Position numbers and translations under genes: made by a program. Below, one piece after another: positions 39,104-47,454 of a DNA stretch of 64,000 bases. Under the pieces are notes generated by a model that saw nothing but the letters and a program-made list of their open reading frames with translations, was not told where the DNA came from and ran no database searches. Numbering within the stretch: the first letter of the stretch is position 1; every line of letters starts with the position of its first letter. Origin of the DNA: Bacteroides uniformis (GTDB lineage Bacteria > Bacillota_I > Bacilli_A > RFN20 > CAG-826); contig CAVIBR010000005.1 of NCBI GenBank assembly GCA_963641445.1, positions 36,430-100,429 of the forward strand. Reading direction: 5' to 3'.

Positions 39104-40378
39104 TTAAATATTAGCTTTGATTTCAAATACTTTGTTTTTACCTGACGCACTTATCTTTCCGTGATGCAAAGTAACGATTTCCTTCGCCATTGATAAACCG
39201 ATTCCGGAGCCTGAAACAGAAGAAGATCTTGCATCATCTAAACGGTAGAATCTTTCGAATACCATTTTAAGATTTCCATCAGGCAAACTTTCCGTATCAT
39301 TCTTTACGTCAATCTCAATTCCTTTTTGTTGAGTGGATGCAATCGTGTAAACGATATATGTTTTTGAATACTTTATCGCATTGTCGAAAAGAATCCTTAG
39401 AAGCCTTTCGATTTTATCTTTATTGCCATAGTAAGTTAGATTTTCATCTACTTTGAAATCGATTTTCTTCTCATATTGGTTAATGACTCCTTCAAAAGAA
39501 TCATAGACGTCTTTAGCAAGCTTCGTTAAATCAAATGATGTGAAAGAAACTTTCTTTTCTTCATCCATCTTGGCCAAATCATTAAGACTTTTAACCATTC
39601 GCGACAGTATATTAACTTGCTTAGTGATATTAGCCGTATTTTCGTTGCCGCCAGTTTCGGCCTCTTCCATTTCATTATTTAAAGAAATGATTGCAAGAGG
39701 AGTTTTCAATTCATGCGAAGCATCAGAAATGAAACGTCTTTGCTTTTCGAAATTCTCTTCAACTGGTTTAACGATCATTTTTGAAATAGGAATAAGAAGA
39801 AGGAAAGTTGCAAATATGCCAGCGAATCCAGCCATAATTGATGCCCACATGACACGGAAGGATGGTTCAAGTTCCCTGCTTTGATCGATAAGAGTGAAAT
39901 ATTGCCTCCCTTTATAATCGTAAGATGAATAACGATAGAAGAAGTCGTACCAGCCATTTCCACTTTTACTTTTTCCGTGAGCTAAGGCGATTGATTGAGC
40001 TTCCTCCTCACTAATCGAAGAGATATTAAAGATTATTTCCTCAAGCGTTCCATCATCATTGAAAGCATAGGTGAAATAACGCATGGAGTTGTTATCTTCT
40101 CTCCCTGGGCCTTCATCACCCTTTTCAGGCTCAAGAATATTAGATGAATCTAGGCTTGAACCAGTATCAACGGATGAACTTTGATCTGGCCTTTCGCCCT
40201 CATGTTCTTTAAATGATCCACCGGAATTAGCGATACGTCTTAAAGTCTTGTCCGCGCCATTGGCAACACGAACAAAATTATAAGTGTTAACGAAAACTAA
40301 GATTGAAACAAGAATCGTGGAAAGAGATAAAAGAGTGATCCCTATGACTTTTTTTCTTAATTTATCAACCGCTTTCAT
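39104..40378 (-). CDS. sensor histidine kinase (two TM helices and an extracellular domain of about 150 aa)
   Basis: H-box SHELKTPLA, N-box NAIKYS, and G-box GSGIGLSMAKEIV. No response regulator lies next to it. Confidence 0.8.
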   Translation of the reverse strand: MKAVDKLRKKVIGITLLSLSTILVSILVFVNTYNFVRVANGADKTLRRIANSGGSFKEHEGERPDQSSSVDTGSSLDSSNILEPEKGDEGPGREDNNSMRYFTYAFNDDGTLEEIIFNISSISEEEAQSIALAHGKSKSGNGWYDFFYRYSSYDYKGRQYFTLIDQSRELEPSFRVMWASIMAGFAGIFATFLLLIPISKMIVKPVEENFEKQRRFISDASHELKTPLAIISLNNEMEEAETGGNENTANITKQVNILSRMVKSLNDLAKMDEEKKVSFTSFDLTKLAKDVYDSFEGVINQYEKKIDFKVDENLTYYGNKDKIERLLRILFDNAIKYSKTYIVYTIASTQQKGIEIDVKNDTESLPDGNLKMVFERFYRLDDARSSSVSGSGIGLSMAKEIVTLHHGKISASGKNKVFEIKANI

Positions 40379-40430
40379 AAATTTACCGATACTAATTATA
40401 TCTTAATTTCTAAAATGAACTTTATATTTT

Positions 40431-40820
40431 CTAGAATATGGCGATAATTGCAGCAGAAGTTATCATCAAGGCCTGGAATAAGAAAGCAGAGATAACCGCC
40501 CCATATAAACGATTATTGAGTTTCTTTGTGATATAGTTTCCTAGAGGAATCGTTAATAAATACATCAAAAGAAGATTTTGAATTTGACCGATGAAGCCTG
40601 AATAACTCTTGATAGCTAGATAGAAGAAGACGAATAGGAATAAGGCAACATATTCAATAAGATTATATAGAAGAACGATATGTGGTTTGGCTTTTGCCTT
40701 CTTTAACATATCTCCTTCAACGCCAGAGATGTAGTGGCCAACACTCATAAGAATTGTTGCAAAGAATAACCAGAATTGCCTGATATTGAATGGCAAAAGG
40801 TTATACATAGTCATTTTCAA
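40431..40820 (-). CDS. small integral membrane protein (4 TM helices)
   Basis: 129 aa, hydrophobic, in an operon with the HK gene. Confidence 0.45.
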   Translation of the reverse strand: MKMTMYNLLPFNIRQFWLFFATILMSVGHYISGVEGDMLKKAKAKPHIVLLYNLIEYVALFLFVFFYLAIKSYSGFIGQIQNLLLMYLLTIPLGNYITKKLNNRLYGAVISAFLFQALMITSAAIIAIF

Positions 40821-40826
40821 AACGTA

Positions 40827-42161
40827 CTAAGCAAAGAGAATGAGACCTAAAGAAACAAGAATGCATTCAATGATATTTTTCTCATTTGAATGGATTTTGA
40901 AAGAGATTTTTGGCAATTTTCCTTTCGTTCCTCTAAATGCTCCCTTCCTATAGAAGAAAAGCATCACCAAACCATATCCAGCAATGCAACACATATAAGG
41001 GATATTCATAACCGGTGAGCCAAAAGGCAAAATGACGCAGATGCAGCATATTAAAAACCCCATCAATAATCCAGGAAGCCATAGAAGAAGTTTTCTTAGT
41101 AAGAATGATTTTTCGTTTTCAATAATAGGAACGCCATCTTCAAGAGGGATTTCTCCTTCTTTAGCTAGTGATGGAGAAGAATTAAGCGTTAGAAGAGTTA
41201 AGAATATTCCAACTAAGACAAAAACCCAACCTACATACACAAAAGAGATAAGGAATGATGGATATGAAGTTGATATACCAGTTATATCACTTATGGAATT
41301 AAGCACATATTGCGAGAATTGAGGAGAATACATTTGATAAGAATGCAAAACTCCTGAAGATATTCCAACAGTAATCTTTCCTCCATAATCATTAGTCTTA
41401 GAAAAAGAAACTGTTCCTTTCTCTTGAACATCTTTTCCTGATAGTCTTTCCGAAATTCGGAGAATATCATAATCAGAAACAACATCATCTGCAGTTGATC
41501 CAAATAGATAAACGTTACAATCTTTTATTGCATTAGGTCCATAGTCTTTCCAAGGATATTCATTTTCATCATCCGTTGATGCAAATAACGATGCTTGAGC
41601 AGAATGCTTATAGTTAACTTCAGGAGAGAAAAGAATAATGTTTTTGATGTTTTTCTTAGTAACTGTAGTTTCCGCTCCCTCGATATTGTAATCATACATA
41701 AGGCGAAGAATAGATCTTCCACCCATGGAATGACCCATGAGGATGATGTTCTCGTAATCGATTGAAGAAATATTATGCAAATATGTTAACTCATCATCAA
41801 TTTCCTTAGGAATTTCATCGGTTTTTGCATTATCAAAGCCAATTCTTCCAAATGAATTCCCTTGGCCGGAATAATCAAAAGTCATAACTGCTGACATGTT
41901 ATTTGCTAAAAAGATATTCGCCATCGGTCTCCATTTGGCTCTATCACATGAGTAGCCAGGACAGATAAGGACGGCATATTTCGCGCCCTTCTTTTCATAA
42001 TATGTCGCAGACAAACTAACTTCATCATTCTTATATGTTGAATTGAAATGAAAAGTTCTTCCATCCAAGGTATGGAAAGAGTAAAGGAAGATGAGGACAC
42101 TTGAAAACAAAATGCTAACAAGCCCTGAAATCAATAAAAAGAGGTTTTTCTTGCTTTTCAT
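40827..42161 (-). CDS. membrane-anchored alpha/beta hydrolase
   Basis: An N-terminal TM helix, the GHSMGG nucleophile elbow, and C-terminal TM helices. Confidence 0.6.
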   Translation of the reverse strand: MKSKKNLFLLISGLVSILFSSVLIFLYSFHTLDGRTFHFNSTYKNDEVSLSATYYEKKGAKYAVLICPGYSCDRAKWRPMANIFLANNMSAVMTFDYSGQGNSFGRIGFDNAKTDEIPKEIDDELTYLHNISSIDYENIILMGHSMGGRSILRLMYDYNIEGAETTVTKKNIKNIILFSPEVNYKHSAQASLFASTDDENEYPWKDYGPNAIKDCNVYLFGSTADDVVSDYDILRISERLSGKDVQEKGTVSFSKTNDYGGKITVGISSGVLHSYQMYSPQFSQYVLNSISDITGISTSYPSFLISFVYVGWVFVLVGIFLTLLTLNSSPSLAKEGEIPLEDGVPIIENEKSFLLRKLLLWLPGLLMGFLICCICVILPFGSPVMNIPYMCCIAGYGLVMLFFYRKGAFRGTKGKLPKISFKIHSNEKNIIECILVSLGLILFA

Positions 42162-42219
42162 AATTTAAAATATCTTAACATGATTTTGAATATTTCACCT
42201 ACTCTTTTATAATGAAGAC

Positions 42220-43032
42220 ATGGAAAGCGAATTCATCAAAAAAGAAAACTCTAAAGTAACAGTTTTATTCGTTCATGGAATTTTAGGATCTCCGAAAAGA
42301 TTTGAAGAACTATGCCCTCTTGTTCCAAAATCATTTTCGATTGTTAAATTAGTTCTCGAAGGCCATGGTAAAAAGGCTAAAGATTTTCGTAAGTCAAATA
42401 TCAAAAAATGGAAAAATCACCTGCGAAACACCATTATTTCATTAAAAAACGATAATCAGAAAGTTATTCTTGTAGGCCATTCTATGGGAACGTTATTGGG
42501 AATAAAAGAAGAAATAGATGGAATTTCTCCTGATGCTTTATTCCTTCTTAATGTCCCTTTAAAACCACATATGACATGGAAGATGATGAAATCATGCATA
42601 AATATAGTCTATAAGAAAGAAGAAAACCTTAATAGAGAAGAGAAATTTCTAAAAGACAATTGTTCTATAACCTTAACGAAGAATCCCTTCGCATATCTTT
42701 TATGGATTCCTCGTTATTTAGAACTATTCAAAGAAATGAGAAAGACAAGGCCATTATTATCTAAGATAAGACATACATGTATATGTTTTCATTCAAAGAA
42801 AGATGAATTAGTTTCACAAAAAACATATAAATATCTTCAGGAAGCAAAGAATATAAAAACATATTACCTAGAGAATTCAACTCATTATTCGAATGAAGGG
42901 GAAGACCTAGTTCTTATAAAAAATGAATTCACTAAGTTGATGAAATCTTTTGAAGAAGATAAAAAGGATTCATTCCAATCTGATTTCTTGAAAGAATTAA
43001 GAAAGATGATTAAACCGAAGGAAATAAAATAA
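42220..43032 (+). CDS. alpha/beta hydrolase (esterase; paralogous to 23997..24767)
   Basis: LFVHGILGS and GHSMGT motifs. Colinear similarity to the 23997 esterase. Confidence 0.65.
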   Translation: MESEFIKKENSKVTVLFVHGILGSPKRFEELCPLVPKSFSIVKLVLEGHGKKAKDFRKSNIKKWKNHLRNTIISLKNDNQKVILVGHSMGTLLGIKEEIDGISPDALFLLNVPLKPHMTWKMMKSCINIVYKKEENLNREEKFLKDNCSITLTKNPFAYLLWIPRYLELFKEMRKTRPLLSKIRHTCICFHSKKDELVSQKTYKYLQEAKNIKTYYLENSTHYSNEGEDLVLIKNEFTKLMKSFEEDKKDSFQSDFLKELRKMIKPKEIK

Positions 43033-43106
43033 GGTGTTTTTCGATAGCTTTAGAATGCGTTTTGCCAGATATTTTTCGACCATCAAAACAAAACATTCTT
43101 ATAATT

Positions 43107-43457
43107 TTATTGAATCTTTGTAAGCTGTTCGTACATCTCAGGTATCCATCTTTTTGTTGTGTCATAAACTATAGTCATGTTAACAACACCATAATCATGA
43201 ACAATTCTGTTTCTCATGCCTTTGATAGCTACCCAAGAAATTTCACGATGTTTTTCTTTGAATTCATCGGATAGACGATTATTGTTCTCTGCAATTTGTA
43301 TAATACGGAACATGATAGAATCAACTAGTAGTTCATTACTTTCGATTTCTCTTTTGCTTTTGCCTGCGGTGTGTTCAATTACAAAACGCAAGTCCGATAT
43401 GATTTTATCAACATAGTATTCATCATTTTTCGTGTTATCCATATATTTTAACTCCAT
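43107..43457 (-). CDS. hepT: HepT-family HEPN toxin (DUF86; type VII TA system)
   Basis: 116 aa with a C-terminal RNRIVHDY (Rx4HxY) motif. It overlaps the upstream NTase gene by 23 nt. Confidence 0.75.
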   Translation of the reverse strand: MELKYMDNTKNDEYYVDKIISDLRFVIEHTAGKSKREIESNELLVDSIMFRIIQIAENNNRLSDEFKEKHREISWVAIKGMRNRIVHDYGVVNMTIVYDTTKRWIPEMYEQLTKIQ

Positions 43458-43905
43458 CTTTTAATATTTCATTTACAAGTGTGGGGTTATTATCTAGTTG
43501 AGTTAAATCCAGCAAATCAACTTTCTTTTTTAACCGTTCCCTTAATGTTTCTATGATTTCGAAGAACTTCATACCATCAACTGGCATTGCAATAAGTAAG
43601 TCAACATCGCTTTTTTCCGTCGCTTTCCCTTTTGCATAAGAACCAAACAAATAGCAATAATCTATTTGATAATTTTTGAATATTTCGTTACAAACTTCTT
43701 TAATTTGATCGATTGTTAAAATGCCATGGTCCTCATCAATCAGACTTGCCTTCTTTAATGTATCTACAACGTATTTATATTTTAATGAAGATTCTTTAAT
43801 TTTACCGGATTCATAGTTTACGTATGTTCTTCTAGTAACGCCTAAAAGGTTTGCTGCCTCTTCCTGCGTAAGTTTATTTTCTAATCGAATATCTCTTAAA
43901 TTCAT
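43435..43905 (-). CDS. mntA: MntA-family minimal nucleotidyltransferase antitoxin fused to an N-terminal XRE-type HTH
   Basis: The N-terminal LTQEEAANLLGVTRRTYVNYESG is an XRE HTH. LFGSYAKGKATEKSDVDLL is the GSx9-10DxD motif of a Pol-beta NTase. Confidence 0.75.
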   Translation of the reverse strand: MNLRDIRLENKLTQEEAANLLGVTRRTYVNYESGKIKESSLKYKYVVDTLKKASLIDEDHGILTIDQIKEVCNEIFKNYQIDYCYLFGSYAKGKATEKSDVDLLIAMPVDGMKFFEIIETLRERLKKKVDLLDLTQLDNNPTLVNEILKDGVKIYG

Positions 43906-44100
43906 TATGATTCACCTTGTCTATATTATATGTTTTTCACATTTTTATTCAAGGCATATGTGTAAATATTTCTCATTTGTATTAAAGAAGATGTGAAATA
44001 ATTACTCATTCGCTATTTAAAAAATGAGAAAATCAATCAATAATAAACACGGTTTTAAAGAATGTTTAGAATGATGAAGAATAAAAAATAAGAGGATTTT

Positions 44101-44352
44101 TCACCATTCTTCAACAGGATTGAACCTAGCCATCTCAGATGTACTTTCTCTTTCTGCATCTTTGATTTTAGAAAGGAGTTCAGATTTGCATTTAAGATTA
44201 GCCGTTTCTGGGAGACTGTTGTATTCTTTTTCACTGATGAGAATCACGTTTCCATTATTAGTTGCTATTTTAATTTGTTTATTCGAACTAATAACTGATT
44301 CGATTGCATCAAATAAGCGTTTATCAAAATTATCAATGTTGATTGTTTTCAT
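44101..44352 (-). CDS. Phd/YefM-like antitoxin-fold protein (orphan; no adjacent toxin ORF)
   Basis: 83 aa. The N-terminal MKTINIDNFDKRLFDAIESV...NGNVILISEKEYNSL matches the Phd/YefM consensus pattern. Confidence 0.45.
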   Translation of the reverse strand: MKTINIDNFDKRLFDAIESVISSNKQIKIATNNGNVILISEKEYNSLPETANLKCKSELLSKIKDAERESTSEMARFNPVEEW

Positions 44353-44441
44353 GCGTTTCGCCCCTTTTTGTTATTATCTAAATGGAGATGTCCACTTGCA
44401 AGATGACTTTGGATAATTATTCCTTATCTTCATTTAGCGAA

Positions 44442-45782
44442 TCACATTTCTTTTAACCAATCTTTGATTAAAAATGATAGGAAATGGGGAAATGTATAAA
44501 TTTTGTTTTCGCAAGCTATGTTGCAGTCTGAAAGTTTAACGCCAAATGCGACATCTTGATATTTTTCTAAATCAATCAATGTACGCAATGATTTAGAACG
44601 CCCATTTTTTGACTTCACTTCAACTGGAACAATGTTATTTTTTGTTCTGACAAAGAAATCTTCCTCGAGAGTTCCGTCGGGCCTTTTGTAAAAATATAAT
44701 GGCAGCCCCTCCTTTACGAATGCGTCAGCAACTAGATTTTCGTATATGGCGCCTTTATATACCCCAAGATTTTTGTTGGCTCTTAAATTATCTTGTGATT
44801 CTTCATCTAGGGAAGCGATCAAGAGACCGGTATCAGCAAAGTAAAGACGATAATTATTGATAAGAGTATTGCCTTTTAATGGCAATTCAGGGAAATTCAA
44901 TCCCCTTGAAATTAAAACGATACCGGAGTCCGCTAACCATTCTTTAACTCCTTCAAAATCTCTTCCGTTTGCATAAGGACGCACTTTAGATATCATAAAC
45001 TTTGGGTTGCTCTTGGCAAGTTGAGCTGGAATGGCATCATAAACCAATTGTATTTTCGTTTTGTCTAAACCATCAGCGTATTGTTGCATATCTTCCTTGT
45101 ATCCAGCGATAATTTCTTGCTGCAATAGTTGCGTTCCTGAGAAATTGCCATTTTTTATATATGAAAAGATGACCTCAGGCATGCCTCCTAAAACAACGAA
45201 ATCATAGAAGAGGTTGCGTAAAGTAGAATAAAGAGAATCCGGGATGCTCTTTGCATTTTTCATATATCCAAGTAACTTGTCTTTGATTTCACTAGCGTAT
45301 CCTTTTGCAATAAGGAATTCTTCGAAATCAAGTCCATGCATCCGATATTCTTCCTGATATCCAACGGCGATGGATGATATAGAAGAATAATTCAAGCCCA
45401 ATAAAGATTCTGAACATATCACGTCGTATCCGCCGTCTTCACAAAACGATTTTAAAGACGTGCATATATCAGGGAATGATTGAACTTCATCGAAAAAAAT
45501 TAATGTTTTGCCGGGAATGAATTGTTTGCTTGGATCTATATTTGATATTTCTTTAATGATATCTTTCGCCTCATACGAGCTAGTATCTAATACGATTTTC
45601 TTGTAAATTGGTTTCAATTTAAAATTGATCTCGATAAAAGACTCATATGTTTTTCCAAATTCACGAATGCATTCAGTTTTTCCTACTTGTCTTGCACCAG
45701 AGATTATAAGAGGCTTATGCTCTCTTTTTTTCCATTCTTTTAGGAATATATCAGTTTTTCTTGATAATCTTTTCATAACCAT
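44442..45782 (-). CDS. AAA+ ATPase with a C-terminal DUF4143 domain
   Basis: Walker A GARQVGKT, Walker B IFFDEVQ, and the typical layout of about 440 aa. Confidence 0.75.
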   Translation of the reverse strand: MVMKRLSRKTDIFLKEWKKREHKPLIISGARQVGKTECIREFGKTYESFIEINFKLKPIYKKIVLDTSSYEAKDIIKEISNIDPSKQFIPGKTLIFFDEVQSFPDICTSLKSFCEDGGYDVICSESLLGLNYSSISSIAVGYQEEYRMHGLDFEEFLIAKGYASEIKDKLLGYMKNAKSIPDSLYSTLRNLFYDFVVLGGMPEVIFSYIKNGNFSGTQLLQQEIIAGYKEDMQQYADGLDKTKIQLVYDAIPAQLAKSNPKFMISKVRPYANGRDFEGVKEWLADSGIVLISRGLNFPELPLKGNTLINNYRLYFADTGLLIASLDEESQDNLRANKNLGVYKGAIYENLVADAFVKEGLPLYFYKRPDGTLEEDFFVRTKNNIVPVEVKSKNGRSKSLRTLIDLEKYQDVAFGVKLSDCNIACENKIYTFPHFLSFLIKDWLKEM

Positions 45783-45819
45783 ATGCTTATTGTATTAAAA
45801 AATATCGATAAAAGCAATA

Positions 45820-45908
45820 TTTTACATATTTTTAGAGCCAATTGATAGTATGTTTTACATATTTTTAGAGCCAATCAGTCATTGATTTTACATATTTTTA
45901 GAGCCAAT
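45820..45908. repeat. three direct copies of TTTTACATATTTTTAGAGCCAAT (23 bp) with 33-bp periodicity
   Basis: Exact copies at 45820..45842, 45853..45875 and 45886..45908, separated by 10-bp unique spacers. They lie between divergent genes. Confidence 0.85.
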
Positions 45909-46156
45909 AATGATTTGCTGGCCGTTGTTTGCCAAATCGATTTTAGCTCTTTATTTGGATTTTTTCTTTTTTTGCTGCAACTCATAACTCTATTTCTCCA
46001 GAAATAGCCTTTGGTGATGCCATTTTATTGTCATTCAACATTTATTGTTTTGCCTAATACGAAAAATAATCTGCCTAAAAAGACATAAAATATAGGCAAA
46101 TAGCTATGAGAATAGGCAAAATACGAGAAGATTCGATTATTCATTTCTAAAAAAAC

Positions 46157-47167
46157 ATGATGGTCCCAGTAACTTTTGTGCAAATGACACAAACAATATA
46201 TTCGTTAAAAACAATTTCGGATATGAAGAAAGAAGAATATCCTTCTCTTTTTCGCATCTCTTCAAAAATAGCTATCGTCCAATCGGTTAAGGGGAACAAT
46301 GAAATTGAAGGTATTGTAGCCACTGATAAGCACATTAAAGAAATCGTAAATGAATCTGCTGCTCCACTTAACCATAACGAAATGGAGAACGCAGGATACT
46401 GCGATGCACTTTCTATGATTCATCAAAAACATAAAAATATCAATTTGGACGAATCTTCAATTTTAAATTTGCACAAAATTCTCTTATCTAAGACCAATCT
46501 TCCTTATGGAGGGATTTATAAAACACATGATAACGTTATTAGAGAAACTTACTTTGATGACACTTCAAGAATCCGTTTGTCTCCAGTTTCAACAAAAGAT
46601 ACAAAAGAAGCAATGACTCAATTGATATTAGCTTATTAAGAAGCAAGAGATGATAGCGGTATTAATAAACTCCTTTTGGTTCCTTGTTTCATCTTAGATT
46701 TTTTATGTATCCATCCATTTAGAGATGGGAATGGCAGAATGTCTAGATTATTAACTTTGCTTCTTTTATATAAAGCGGATTTTGACATTTCAAAATATGT
46801 ATCATTTGAAGAGCAAATCAATAAAATGAAAGACAAATACTATGAAGATCTCAAAAAGAGTTCCGAATGGTGGCATGAGAATAAAAACGACTATATTCCT
46901 TTCATAGAAGATTTTCTCTACACTCTCTATCTTTGCTATAAAGGACTAGATAAACATTTCCTTACCCTTTCATCAAAGAAAGTAAGCAAAAAAAAGAGTG
47001 AAGCAAATAATTCTTTCTTCGTTCATTCCGATTTCAAAAAAAGAAATACAAGATTTGCTTCCGGATATAGCAATTGGAACAATAGAAATGGTTTTAAGCG
47101 AAATGTTAAAGGAAGGGGAGATCAGAAAATCGGTACAACAAAGAGTAGTAGATATCTAAAAATCTGA
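46157..47167 (+). pseudogene. Fic-family (AMPylase-type) gene interrupted by a single in-frame TAA at 46637..46639
   Basis: The ORF-track entries 46157..46639 and 46676..47167 share one frame. The N-terminal part has the Fic N-terminal region (NNEIEGI). The C-terminal part has the catalytic motif HPFRDGNGRMSRLL. Confidence 0.7.
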
Positions 47168-47183
47168 TTCAAAAATCAAAAAA

Positions 47184-47211
47184 ACACGGCAGAAACCGTG
47201 TCAAATTTTTT
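47184..47211 (+). terminator. intrinsic terminator after the Fic gene
   Basis: ACACGG-cagaaa-CCGTGT followed by caaaTTTTTT. Confidence 0.45.
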
Positions 47212-47212
47212 C

Positions 47213-47303
47213 TGGCGGAGGAATAGGGATTCGAACCCTAGCGCAGTGTTACCCGCCTACGAGCTTTCCAAGCCCGCCCCTTCGACCACTTGGGTATTCC
47301 TCC
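47213..47303 (-). tRNA. tRNA-Ser (anticodon GGA), type II with a long variable arm and encoded CCA
   Basis: The reverse complement folds as an acceptor stem GGAGGAA/UUCCUCC, an anticodon stem CGGGC/GCUCG with loop UUGGAAA, and a T arm UAGGG-UUCGAAU-CCCUA, ending in 3' GCCA. Confidence 0.75.
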
Positions 47304-47454
47304 AGTTTTTGCCAATTAAGGCAAGAGAGATTATATTGTTTTTGTCTTTGTTTCGCAACAAATATTTTCTTCTTCTCTAACATTCGTGAAAATTCTTGAA
47401 AAAACATTTCTTGCTCCCTCGTTTTTGCTAGCCTGTTAGAGTATAATAACTCAC

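Noticed and set aside
45820-45908. Possible CRISPR array (regularly spaced direct repeats)
   Set aside because: There are only three 23-bp repeats with 10-bp spacers, no cas genes and no leader. This is an iteron or operator-like arrangement, not a CRISPR.
42220-47310. Intact prophage or integrative element at tRNA-Ser
   Set aside because: The window shows no integrase, recombinase, or structural or replication genes. Only TA, Fic and ATPase cargo is present. It is treated as a remnant or defence islet.
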